Positions 1 through 7,388 of a stretch of DNA of 32,000 nt are shown piece after piece. The notes under the pieces are model-generated. The model searched no databases, was not told the origin of the DNA, and was given only the letters and a program-made list of their open reading frames with translations. Source of the DNA: Okeania sp. (GTDB lineage Bacteria > Cyanobacteriota > Cyanobacteriia > Cyanobacteriales > Microcoleaceae); contig NZ_JAYKGW010000019.1 of NCBI RefSeq assembly GCF_035285525.1, positions 1 to 32,000 of the forward strand, written 5' to 3'. Each line of letters opens with the position of its first letter. Position 1 is the stretch's first letter. The translations under genes and the position numbers were made by a program.

Positions 1-147
1 CCCCTACAAACAAAGGGCGGGTCTAGTTAGCTGAACTTGAAGACTCGTTAGCTTACTGATTAGACCCGCCCCTACAAACAAAGGGCGGGTCTAGTTAGCT
101 TAACTTGAAGACTCGTTAGCTTACTGATTAGACCCGCCCCTACAAAG
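1..147. repeat. 68-bp tandem repeat, two full copies plus an 11-nt partial third. Each unit contains the 11-bp inverted repeat GGGCGGGTCTA...TAGACCCGCCC
   Basis: Units start at 1, 69 and 137 (CCCCTACAAACAAAGGGCGGG). The only difference I see is g33 versus t101. The array may continue left of the window. Confidence 0.9.
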
Positions 148-236
148 TCTAACTATTCAAATATAGCAGTCGAAGCAAAGGGCGCGGACACATCAACAGC
201 CTAAAACCTATATAAAGCAAGATTTTTCACATCACG

Positions 237-256
237 CCTTCTGCCTTCTGCCTTTT
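237..256. repeat. STRR-type heptamer array CCTTCTG (about 2.5 copies)
   Basis: ccttctgccttctgcctttt read directly. The same heptamer recurs at 4927-4955, 7570-7605 and, reverse-complemented, at 14989-15016. Confidence 0.8.
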
Positions 257-310
257 GCTATACACCCTACTGGACTGTTTCATCTTAAATGTTGCATGAG
301 TTTTATAACC

Positions 311-646
311 TTACTTGACTGCAAATTCTGTATGATGGCGTACTGCTGGAGGATGAAAACCGAGAACAATTTGACTTTTCGGAATTCCGGCGTTAACTAA
401 ATCATTAGCAATTCCATCTTCAATTCCATCTCGTTGAATCCATACTTTACCATCAATAATCTGAATATGAGTCAGACAACCATGAACCCGCCTTTTTTGC
501 TGCCAACCAACATCTAGCAGTAAAAAATGGTTCCGTTCACTATCAATAATCAAGTATTCTTCTATTTCCCCATAAGAATAAGGAATATTTGCATACTCTC
601 TAAGAACTTTTTCTATTGTATCTCGATATAAATTTAAGGTATCCAT
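311..646 (-). CDS. xisI: XisI family protein (fdxN-element excision controlling factor-like)
   Basis: The 111-aa ORF MDTLNLYRDTIEKVLREYANIPYSYGEIE...LLLDVGWQQKRRVHGCLTHIQIIDGKVWIQRDGIEDGIANDLVNAGIPKSQIVLGFHPP matches my memory of XisI proteins. It overlaps the upstream xisH stop by 13 nt. Confidence 0.9.
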   Translation of the reverse strand: MDTLNLYRDTIEKVLREYANIPYSYGEIEEYLIIDSERNHFLLLDVGWQQKRRVHGCLTHIQIIDGKVWIQRDGIEDGIANDLVNAGIPKSQIVLGFHPPAVRHHTEFAVK

Positions 647-1047
647 TGCACTATCTTCTCTGTTTCTGGTTGAAAAACTAATAGCTTCACTCGATTAAAT
701 TGAATAACAGATTGGGGTAATTCTTCAGAAAAGAAATCTGAAAATACACTTTCAGGAATAGCTAGGTACAACAACCTGTCTGGAGCTTGCTGGGATAAAA
801 TCTGTGCGTAGATTATATATTGACCTAACGCCTGCTCTAAATCATTAATAAGAGATTGACTTAAAAAGCTTTTAATCTCTACAGCAATTAGTTGTCCGTC
901 TTTTTCGGCTGCTAATAGCTTTTTTGCTCCTAAATCTACATAGAGCATCCGACCACCAACTTTAAGTCGTAAAGGATCGTCAGTAATTGTCCACCCATCT
1001 TTCATCAGTGCTATTTTAACTGTTTCATGGTAGGTATCCTTTGCCAT
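634..1047 (-). CDS. xisH: XisH family protein
   Basis: MAKDTYHETVKIALMKDGWTITDDPLRLKVGGRMLYVDLGAKKLLAAEKDGQLIAVEIKSF is a typical XisH N-terminus. The ORF track starts at a GTG at 1077, but XisH homologues start near M(x)AKD, so I prefer the ATG at 1047. Confidence 0.88.
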   Translation of the reverse strand: MAKDTYHETVKIALMKDGWTITDDPLRLKVGGRMLYVDLGAKKLLAAEKDGQLIAVEIKSFLSQSLINDLEQALGQYIIYAQILSQQAPDRLLYLAIPESVFSDFFSEELPQSVIQFNRVKLLVFQPETEKIVQWIP

Positions 1048-1133
1048 TTTTTGGGAAGAAAATTTTTGTCTATTCACTTAATTTGACAATATATCACATT
1101 TAACTATACAATTTTGAAAAAACTAATACCTTT

Positions 1134-1200
1134 AGAACTTACCCAGTCAAACCCAGAAACCCGGTTTCTACAAGAAACCGGGTTTCTTTGAGTAAGTCCT
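1134..1200. repeat. Composite palindromic element with outer arms AGAACTTACCCA / TGAGTAAGTCCT enclosing two GAAACCCGGTTTC palindromes
   Basis: agaacttacccagtcaaacccagaaacccggtttctacaagaaaccgggtttctttgagtaagtcct, located in the divergent xisH / FAAL intergenic region. Confidence 0.75.
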
Positions 1201-1246
1201 GACTTTAATTAAATCACCAGCTCGAATTATCAAACCACCAAATAAT

Positions 1247-4200
1247 ATGCAATTTAATACCTTAATCGACCTTCTACAACATAGAAGCCAAGATCGCACA
1301 GAGCCAAAAATCTATACTTTCCTCCAGGATGGCGAAACAGAAACCGATACTCTTACCTATAAAACATTAGAAAAACAAGCCAAAGCTATAGCTGCAAATC
1401 TCCAATCCCAAAACGCTCAAGGTGAAAGAGTCTTGCTATTGTACGCCCCTGGACTAGAATTTATCGCTGGATTTTTTGGCTGTTTGTATGCAGGAGCGAT
1501 CGCTATCCCCGCATATCCACCTCGTCCTAACCAGTCTCTCTCCAGATTAGAAGCAATAGCAACAGATGCTGAAGCCAAGTTTGCTCTCACCACCACACCT
1601 CTATTAGGTTATTTAAAAAGTCGCTTTGCTGAAAATTCCATATTGGCAAAAATGCAGTTGCTAGATGCCAACAATATTATTACTCAAAACCAGGAGTCAG
1701 ACTGGCAACAACCCAATATCAACAGCGATACCATTGCTTTTCTTCAGTACACATCTGGTTCGACTGGAAAACCCAAAGGTGTAATGCTCAGTCACAAGAA
1801 TATTCTGCACAATTTAGCTACAGGTTATGAACAATCTCAAACCACACCTGAAAGCCTGACAGTGACTTGGTTGCCCTTTAGTCACAACACAGGATTATTA
1901 GTCGGAGTTTTACAACCTCTCTATGGTAATTTTCCTGTGAAAATTATGTCGCCATTGGATTTTCTGCAAAAACCTTTCCGTTGGTTAATGACTATTTCTC
2001 GTTATCAAGCGACTCAAAGTTTAGCTCCCAACTTTGCTTATGACTTAGTTTCTTTTCAAACAACTCCCCAAGAACGGGAAATGCTGGACTTGAGTAGTTG
2101 GAAATTAGCTGCTAGCGGTGCTGAACCTATTCGAGCTGAAACATTTGAGCGCTTTATCAAAACTTTTCAACCTCATGGTTTTCGCCCAGAAGCATTGACT
2201 GCAGGTTATGGAATGGCAGAAAGTGTTGTCGGTATTAGTTTGGGTTTAATAACAGAACCTCCAGTTATTCTCAATATTAACAAAACTGAGTTTACTAAAA
2301 ATCAAATTGTGGTAGCGGTTGAGGAAAGTGATGATACCCAAAAAATCGTTAGTTGTGGTCGCACTGGTTCAGATACCAAAGTTGTTATTGTTAACCCAGA
2401 AACTTTAACTGAATGTTCCCGCAACCAAGTAGGAGAAATTTGGATTTCCAGTTCTAGTGTTGCCAAAGGTTATTGGAATAAACCGGAAGCAACCGCAGAA
2501 ACGTTCCAAAATTACTTAGGCGTTGCTGAACCAGAGGATAAATCTTTGACCAGTACGGATGTTGCATGCAACGTCCCTACCCACACGGACCACACCCCCT
2601 TCCTCCGAACGGGTGACTTAGGGTTTTTGCTCAATGATGAATTATTTGTTACTGGTCGTCTCAAAGATTTAATTATTATCCGAGGTAGCAACCATTATCC
2701 CCAGGATATTGAGTTAACAGTTGAAAGCAGTCATCCAGCTTTACGACCTAGTTGTAGTGCAGCGTTTTCGGTAGAGGTGGAAAGTGAGGAAAGACTGGTT
2801 ATTGTTCAGGAAGTTCAGGAAAGTTATTTGGAACAACTAGATGTAGATGAAGTTATTAACGCTATTCGTCAAGCTGTATCTGAACAACATCAGTTACAAG
2901 TTTATGGGGTATTATTATTGAAAACAGGAACTATCCCCAAAACTTCTAGTAATAAAATTCAGCGTCACGCTTGCAAAGCAGGTTTTCTTGAGGGAAGTCT
3001 TGATGTTGTCGGTAGTAACATCTTCTCAGATTTTGATTGGTTGGCAAAAGAAAAGCAAGTCTTTGTAGATAGAAAAACACTCTTAGCAACCACACCCGAA
3101 AAACGTCAAGAATTACTAATATCCCATCTTCAGAATTTAATCTCAAATATTCTCCAAGTAAATCCATCTCAGTTAGACTGGGAACAACCTTTAACTAACA
3201 TGGGATTAGATTCTCTAACAGTTGTTGAGTTGAGCGATTTGTTGCAAGATAGTTTAGGAACTTCTTTTCCAGCAACACTAATTTTTGAATATCCCACAGT
3301 TGCAGCTTTAGCTAATTATTTAGCACAAGAAGTGCTTTCACCACAACCTTCTAGAAATTATGATATTGGTTTAGTTGCCGATGAAAATTTAAGTTCTGGT
3401 TTTGCTTCCCCAGTCATAGCAATCCAACCGAAGGGTTCTCAACCTCCTTTCTTTTGTATTCCTGGAGGTGTGGGAACCGCATTTTATCTCCACTCTTTAG
3501 CTTTTCATCTTGGTCAAGACCAACCATTTTACGGACTGCAAGCACGAGGAATGGACGATAGAGCAGAACCTCACACCAATGTAGGAGCGATCGCTGCCGA
3601 CTATATTAACGCATTAAAAAATATTCAACCCATAGGTCCGTATTTTTTAGGAGGTCATTCTTTTGGTGGGCAAGTCGCTTTTGAAATATCCCAACAGTTA
3701 CAAAAACAGGGAGATAAAATTGGTTTGCTGGCTGTTTTTGATATTCCTGCTCCCATATTCAGTAGTGTTGTAATCGCAGGTTGGGATGATACTAAATATA
3801 TGACGGAGGTTGTCAGGTTATTTGAATATTTTTTAAAGGAAGATTTAGAGATATCCTACAACGATCTCAAACGTTTCTCTCCTGATGAACAATTAGATTA
3901 TGTAACGGAACGATTAGTGAAAAAGCTTCATGTGCGTCCTTCTGCGGCAGCAACCAGACAAGTGCATGGTTTTGTCAAGGTTTTAAAAGCTAGTATTTAT
4001 GCTATGGGTCATTATCAACCAGAGAAACTTTATCCAACTCCTATTACTCTTTTCCGCAGTAGTGATGTTCGTGTTTGGAATACTCCTCTTGGTTTAACTG
4101 ATGCTATTCGTAATCAGTTGCAAAAAAATTCTTCTTTAGGTTGGGAAAAACTTTCTCAACGTTCTGTGGAAGTTCAGACTGTTCCAGGAGATCATATTAG

Positions 4201-4270
4201 TATGATGCTGGAACCTCATGTTCAGCTTTTAGCAGAAAGACTTAGTTCAGTTATTAGTAATTTCCAGTGA
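1247..4270 (+). CDS. Tridomain fatty acyl-AMP ligase (FAAL) - acyl carrier protein - type I thioesterase
   Basis: FAAL-type N-terminus (TLIDLLQHRS...YTFL..GE...LTY..L...A..IA..L); adenylation cores YTSGSTGKPKGV, GYGMAES, FLRTGDLGF, GRLKDLIIIRG.NHYPQDIE. The phosphopantetheine site is GLDSL (Ser656, nt about 3212-3214). The C-terminal alpha/beta hydrolase has GHSFGG (Ser805, nt about 3659) and a terminal PGDH motif. Confidence 0.9.
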   Translation: MQFNTLIDLLQHRSQDRTEPKIYTFLQDGETETDTLTYKTLEKQAKAIAANLQSQNAQGERVLLLYAPGLEFIAGFFGCLYAGAIAIPAYPPRPNQSLSRLEAIATDAEAKFALTTTPLLGYLKSRFAENSILAKMQLLDANNIITQNQESDWQQPNINSDTIAFLQYTSGSTGKPKGVMLSHKNILHNLATGYEQSQTTPESLTVTWLPFSHNTGLLVGVLQPLYGNFPVKIMSPLDFLQKPFRWLMTISRYQATQSLAPNFAYDLVSFQTTPQEREMLDLSSWKLAASGAEPIRAETFERFIKTFQPHGFRPEALTAGYGMAESVVGISLGLITEPPVILNINKTEFTKNQIVVAVEESDDTQKIVSCGRTGSDTKVVIVNPETLTECSRNQVGEIWISSSSVAKGYWNKPEATAETFQNYLGVAEPEDKSLTSTDVACNVPTHTDHTPFLRTGDLGFLLNDELFVTGRLKDLIIIRGSNHYPQDIELTVESSHPALRPSCSAAFSVEVESEERLVIVQEVQESYLEQLDVDEVINAIRQAVSEQHQLQVYGVLLLKTGTIPKTSSNKIQRHACKAGFLEGSLDVVGSNIFSDFDWLAKEKQVFVDRKTLLATTPEKRQELLISHLQNLISNILQVNPSQLDWEQPLTNMGLDSLTVVELSDLLQDSLGTSFPATLIFEYPTVAALANYLAQEVLSPQPSRNYDIGLVADENLSSGFASPVIAIQPKGSQPPFFCIPGGVGTAFYLHSLAFHLGQDQPFYGLQARGMDDRAEPHTNVGAIAADYINALKNIQPIGPYFLGGHSFGGQVAFEISQQLQKQGDKIGLLAVFDIPAPIFSSVVIAGWDDTKYMTEVVRLFEYFLKEDLEISYNDLKRFSPDEQLDYVTERLVKKLHVRPSAAATRQVHGFVKVLKASIYAMGHYQPEKLYPTPITLFRSSDVRVWNTPLGLTDAIRNQLQKNSSLGWEKLSQRSVEVQTVPGDHISMMLEPHVQLLAERLSSVISNFQ
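2553..2580. repeat. 28-nt palindromic dispersed element (GTAGGGACGTTGCAT family) lying in frame inside the FAAL coding sequence
   Basis: gtacggatgttgcatgcaacgtccctac. Its reverse complement gtagggacgttgcatgcaacatccgtac matches copies at 4324-4351, 14590-14617, 20815-20848 and 29991-30027. It encodes part of ...TSTDVACNVPTH... Confidence 0.8.
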
Positions 4271-4289
4271 AGTTATAGCGCTGCGCGCA

Positions 4290-4310
4290 GGGAACAGGGA
4301 ACAGGGAACG
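4290..4310. repeat. STRR-type heptamer array GGGAACA x3
   Basis: gggaacagggaacagggaacg lies immediately after the FAAL stop. Related degenerate copies occur at 7335-7370. Confidence 0.8.
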
Positions 4311-4323
4311 CGGTTTTCATTAA

Positions 4324-4351
4324 TAGGGACGTTGCATAAGGGCGTCCCTAC
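4324..4351. repeat. Copy of the GTAGGGACGTTGCAT palindromic family (hairpin TAGGGACG...CGTCCCTA)
   Basis: tagggacgttgcataagggcgtccctac followed by caatatttt. It could also act as a terminator for the FAAL gene. Confidence 0.7.
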
Positions 4352-4371
4352 AATATTTTGGTTATCTGGCT

Positions 4372-4620
4372 GAAAAACCTAACCCCCCAACCCCCTTCCC
4401 TGCGAGGGAAGGGGGAGAAAGACTCCCCTCTCTCTGCTAGTGTTGGGCAAGAAAGACTCCCCTCTCCTCCCAGGAGAGGGGTTGGGGGAGAAAGACTCCC
4501 CTCTCCTCCCAGGAGAGGGGTTGGGGGAGAAAGACTCCCCTCTCCTCCCAGGAGAGGGGTTGGGGGAGAAAGACTCCCCTCTCCTCCCAGGAGAGGGGTT
4601 GGGGGAGAGGTCTCCTAGGT
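4372..4620. mobile_element. MITE-like element with G/C-rich arms (AAAAACCTAACCCCCCAACCCC ... GGGGTTGGGGGAGAGGTCT) whose internal hairpin module is amplified into a 39-bp tandem array
   Basis: The 39-bp unit gaaagactcccctctcctcccaggagaggggttgggggaga starts at 4451, 4490, 4529 and 4568, with a degenerate copy from about 4413. Each unit has the hairpin CCCCTCTCC-n-GGAGAGGGG. A single-module relative lies at 23663-23792 and a left-arm-only copy (reverse) at 26867-26914. Confidence 0.85.
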
Positions 4621-4729
4621 TGCTCGATCCTAACCCACAATTTTAGTCTTGACATGGCAGTATAGTGTGGGAAGACAGATATACTAGAAAAAACAATTGT
4701 TCCTTGATTTTTTTACCCTTGGTTTGCTT

Positions 4730-4775
4730 AAAATCCTAACTTTTTTGTGATTTTGACTGAAAAAGTTAGGATTTT
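4730..4775. terminator. Perfect 16-bp AT-rich hairpin between the convergent FAAL and birA genes; possible bidirectional terminator or repeat
   Basis: aaaatcctaacttttt (4730-4745) pairs with aaaaagttaggatttt (4760-4775) around a 14-nt loop. T/A runs are built into both arms, and the low GC content makes terminator function uncertain. Confidence 0.3.
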
Positions 4776-4911
4776 GAACTGACTATGGCAGAAAAATCTA
4801 GGAGTCATTCTTCCTCCTAAGTCCTCAATCATTCTTCATTCCTCCTGACTTCCTATTCCCCTCCTTGGAGCAGTAGGGGTGGGTTACTCCTGACTGCCAT
4901 ATTCAATCGAC

Positions 4912-5805
4912 TTAAACCTTTCTTTCCCTTCTACCGTCTGCCTTCTGCCTTCCTGAATATCCTAAACTGATTGTACCTGGCTTTAGATATATTTCTGATT
5001 TTTCAGGAACCTTAGAGGCGACTAACTCTGGATTAATTTTTACTTTTAATTCTCCACTATTTGTCACTCCGACAACTGTACCAATACAATTTTCTACTAC
5101 CACTTCCTGCCCCATATTTATTAGTAGTTGAGTATAGCTAGGTAAAATACTCTCTATTCCTAATTCTAAAAGTTGTCTAATAGCAGAATCTACTCCATAA
5201 AAAACTATTGCAGCTAACATTTCCAAAGAAGATATTTCCGGTTGCAACTGATTTCTATAGTAGTATTGCAGATTAGTACCTGTATCTGGGAAAGAATTAT
5301 TCCAGTTAATTCCAATACCAATTATTGCCCAAACAATTTTTTCTTTTTTGACTCTAGTTTCTGTGAGGATACCGCCTAATTTTCGATTTTCTAAGATTAA
5401 ATCGTTAGGCCACTTAATTTTAACTGGTACGCCATAATCCTGTAAACTTGAGGCAATACCCCAAGCTGTAGATAATGTCAATTGTGAGGTTTGGGATATT
5501 GATATATCAGAAGTAATATTGCATCCATATCCTGGGGCAAATGCTACTGAAATATACAGTCCGCCAATATCTGATATCCAGGTGCGTCCCCATTGACCCC
5601 GCCCTGCGGTTTGTTGAGTGGCGATAACTACGGTTCCTGGTGATGCTCCTGAGTCAATGAGTTGCCAAAGAGTTTGATTTGTTGAGGGAAGAGTGGAAAA
5701 AATGTGGAGATGATCTAGGTTGAAAGAATTGGATATTTCGGATACTCTAGATTCCTGAATATTTGATAAAGAGTTAATGAATTTTTGCTGATTAAATTCT
5801 GACAA
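4912..5805 (-). CDS. birA: Biotin--[acetyl-CoA-carboxylase] ligase (group I, no HTH domain seen)
   Basis: The GRGQWGRTW motif (GRGRxGRxW family) and KWPNDL motif are present, with a C-terminal SH3-like tail. The last 12 codons (RQKADGRRERKV) are encoded by the CCTTCTG heptamer array. Confidence 0.9.
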   Translation of the reverse strand: MSEFNQQKFINSLSNIQESRVSEISNSFNLDHLHIFSTLPSTNQTLWQLIDSGASPGTVVIATQQTAGRGQWGRTWISDIGGLYISVAFAPGYGCNITSDISISQTSQLTLSTAWGIASSLQDYGVPVKIKWPNDLILENRKLGGILTETRVKKEKIVWAIIGIGINWNNSFPDTGTNLQYYYRNQLQPEISSLEMLAAIVFYGVDSAIRQLLELGIESILPSYTQLLINMGQEVVVENCIGTVVGVTNSGELKVKINPELVASKVPEKSEIYLKPGTISLGYSGRQKADGRRERKV

Positions 5806-6360
5806 TTTTTTTACTGGATACTTATCTATAATTGATAATTAATAATGGATAATGGATAATTGATAATTTAGGACTTATGCAGAAACTGGGTTTCTTTAGG
5901 GAAATTTTATGGTTTGAACAACAATATGATGGCAATAAACCCGGTTTCTTAGTTACTTTGTGTCAGTCCTGTCAAGAATGGATGATTATATCAGGACTGA
6001 CCTATGGGAAACCCGGTTTCTTGGGTAAATCATTGTTTTAGACAATAAACATCTATAAGAAACCGGGTTTCTGAGTTCGGTATTATTTCATAATTTGCGT
6101 AATTCCTAACTATATTAGGACTGACCCATGGGCAACCCGGTTTCTTGGGTAATATCAAATTCGGTAGTATCGGTAAAATTCACTCTCTGTACGGGTTGGG
6201 TCTCCAAACCCTATACAAGCTAGGAGTCTTAGCCAATACTGATGGTAGAACCTTATTCTCCAAAGCCAGCGGATTTGATATAAACCATTGTTTTAGACAA
6301 TAAACATCCACAAGAAACCGGGTTTCTGACTTCCCGTGACTTTATTCCTGTATATAAAAT
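5806..6360. repeat. Repeat-packed intergenic region: GGATAAT heptamers (5838-5866), five GAAACCCGGTTTC-type palindromes and two copies of an about 85-bp MITE
   Basis: Palindromes lie near 5937, 6008, 6058, 6134 and 6313. The MITE halves aggactgacc(t/c)atggg(a/c)aacccggtttcttgggtaa and cattgttttagacaataaacatc.a.aagaaaccgggtttctga are adjacent at 5993-6075 but split at 6117-6152 / 6286-6330. Confidence 0.85.
6153..6285. mobile_element. About 133-bp element nested inside the second copy of the GAAACCCGGTTTC MITE
   Basis: In copy 1, gggtaa is followed 2 nt later by cattgtttta. In copy 2 the same two halves are separated by tatcaaattcgg...gtacgggttgggtctccaaaccctatacaa...ctgatggtagaaccttattctccaaagccagcggatttgatataaac. 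That insert is homologous to 14226-14345. Confidence 0.75.
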
Positions 6361-6486
6361 CTGGTTGTACAGTAATCGCAAAATTACTTCCTATCGATAC
6401 AGATGTTCTATTAAGTACAAATGCAGCATACCTAAGAAGGATGGCAAAATAGTAAATCAAAACTACAAAAAATAATTTTCATCCTG

Positions 6487-7323
6487 ATGACTATAAACAA
6501 CTCTGATTCACAAACATTAAACAAATCCTACCAAGCTTTGAGTAAAAATGATGTAACTTGGCATTGGCAAAAATGGCAAGGACTACCTTACCTAACCTGT
6601 AGTCTTTTACAAAATTGGCCTCATGGTTTCTTTACTAACCATTTTTTCCCCAATACACCAATAGAACTAACAAATATACTACATTCTGATGCTGAAGTCT
6701 ATCGTGTCAAGCAAGTACATGGCAATACCGTACTTAAAGCTGAAAAATCTACTTTGGCAACTGAAGAAAATTATGCAGAAGCAGATGGTCTAATCACAGA
6801 AAAAGCTAAACAAGCAGTTTGGGCATGTAGTGCTGACTGTGTTCCGGTTCTTATTGCTGACCAAAAAACTGGACAAGTGGCAGCCGTTCATGCCGGGTGG
6901 CGTGGTACTGCTGCCAAAATTGTGTCGGTGGCCTTAGCAGGTCTTGAGGCCCAGGGTAGTCAATTATCTGATTTATTAATTGTACTTGGTCCTGCCATTG
7001 CTGGAGAAGTTTATCAAGTTTCTGAAGAAGTGGCAGCTCAGGTAGGAGAGACTATTTTTCCAGAAACAAATAAAGCAAATGTTGAAGAAATTTTGAATTT
7101 TATGAATCTTCTGCCTCACCCCCCAATTTTATCTGATCCTGAACCGGGAAAAGTTCGTTTAGATGTCCGTATAGTCAATATTTTACAATTGGAAAAATTA
7201 GGTATTGGTAAGGAGCAAGTAGCGATCGCTCCTTATTGTACATATCAACAACCGGACTACTTTTTCTCTTATCGACGGGAAAAACAAAAAAAGGTGCAGT
7301 GGTCAGGAATAGTTAGTGGCTAA
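6487..7323 (+). CDS. pgeF: Peptidoglycan editing factor PgeF (YfiH/DUF152, laccase-domain protein)
   Basis: Motifs VKQVHGN, EADGLIT, CSADCVPVL and VHAGWRGT occur in the canonical order, ending in FFSYRRE. Confidence 0.9.
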   Translation: MTINNSDSQTLNKSYQALSKNDVTWHWQKWQGLPYLTCSLLQNWPHGFFTNHFFPNTPIELTNILHSDAEVYRVKQVHGNTVLKAEKSTLATEENYAEADGLITEKAKQAVWACSADCVPVLIADQKTGQVAAVHAGWRGTAAKIVSVALAGLEAQGSQLSDLLIVLGPAIAGEVYQVSEEVAAQVGETIFPETNKANVEEILNFMNLLPHPPILSDPEPGKVRLDVRIVNILQLEKLGIGKEQVAIAPYCTYQQPDYFFSYRREKQKKVQWSGIVSG

Positions 7324-7388
7324 GATTTTTTTAGGGAATAGGGAACGCTTAACAGGGAACAGGTGGGAACTCCAGTTTTTTTTATTTA

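Noticed and set aside
311-1077. Presence of a developmentally excised fdxN-type element, suggested by xisH/xisI
   Set aside because: No recombinase gene, interrupted target gene or element-border repeats are visible in the window. xisHI pairs are common outside such elements.
2946-3167. 73-aa minus-strand ORF within the FAAL-ACP-TE gene. Similar cases are 11374..11568, 13728..13979 and 15816..16001 within other genes.
   Set aside because: Each is fully embedded in a longer ORF that has clear family motifs. None has recognisable motifs of its own.
4358-4655. Three overlapping ORFs (4358..4618 +, 4440..4646 +, 4437..4655 -) encoding repeats such as ERLPSPPRRGVGG
   Set aside because: They are produced entirely by the 39-bp (13-codon) tandem hairpin array and overlap each other on both strands. 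None has a ribosome-binding site, and the same element is non-coding at 23663-23792.
4730-4775. A larger MITE spanning 4650-4905 with ATGGCAGT / ACTGCCAT ends
   Set aside because: The terminal match is only about 8 bp with mismatched flanks. Without genome-wide copies I cannot distinguish this from chance, so only the internal 16-bp hairpin is reported.
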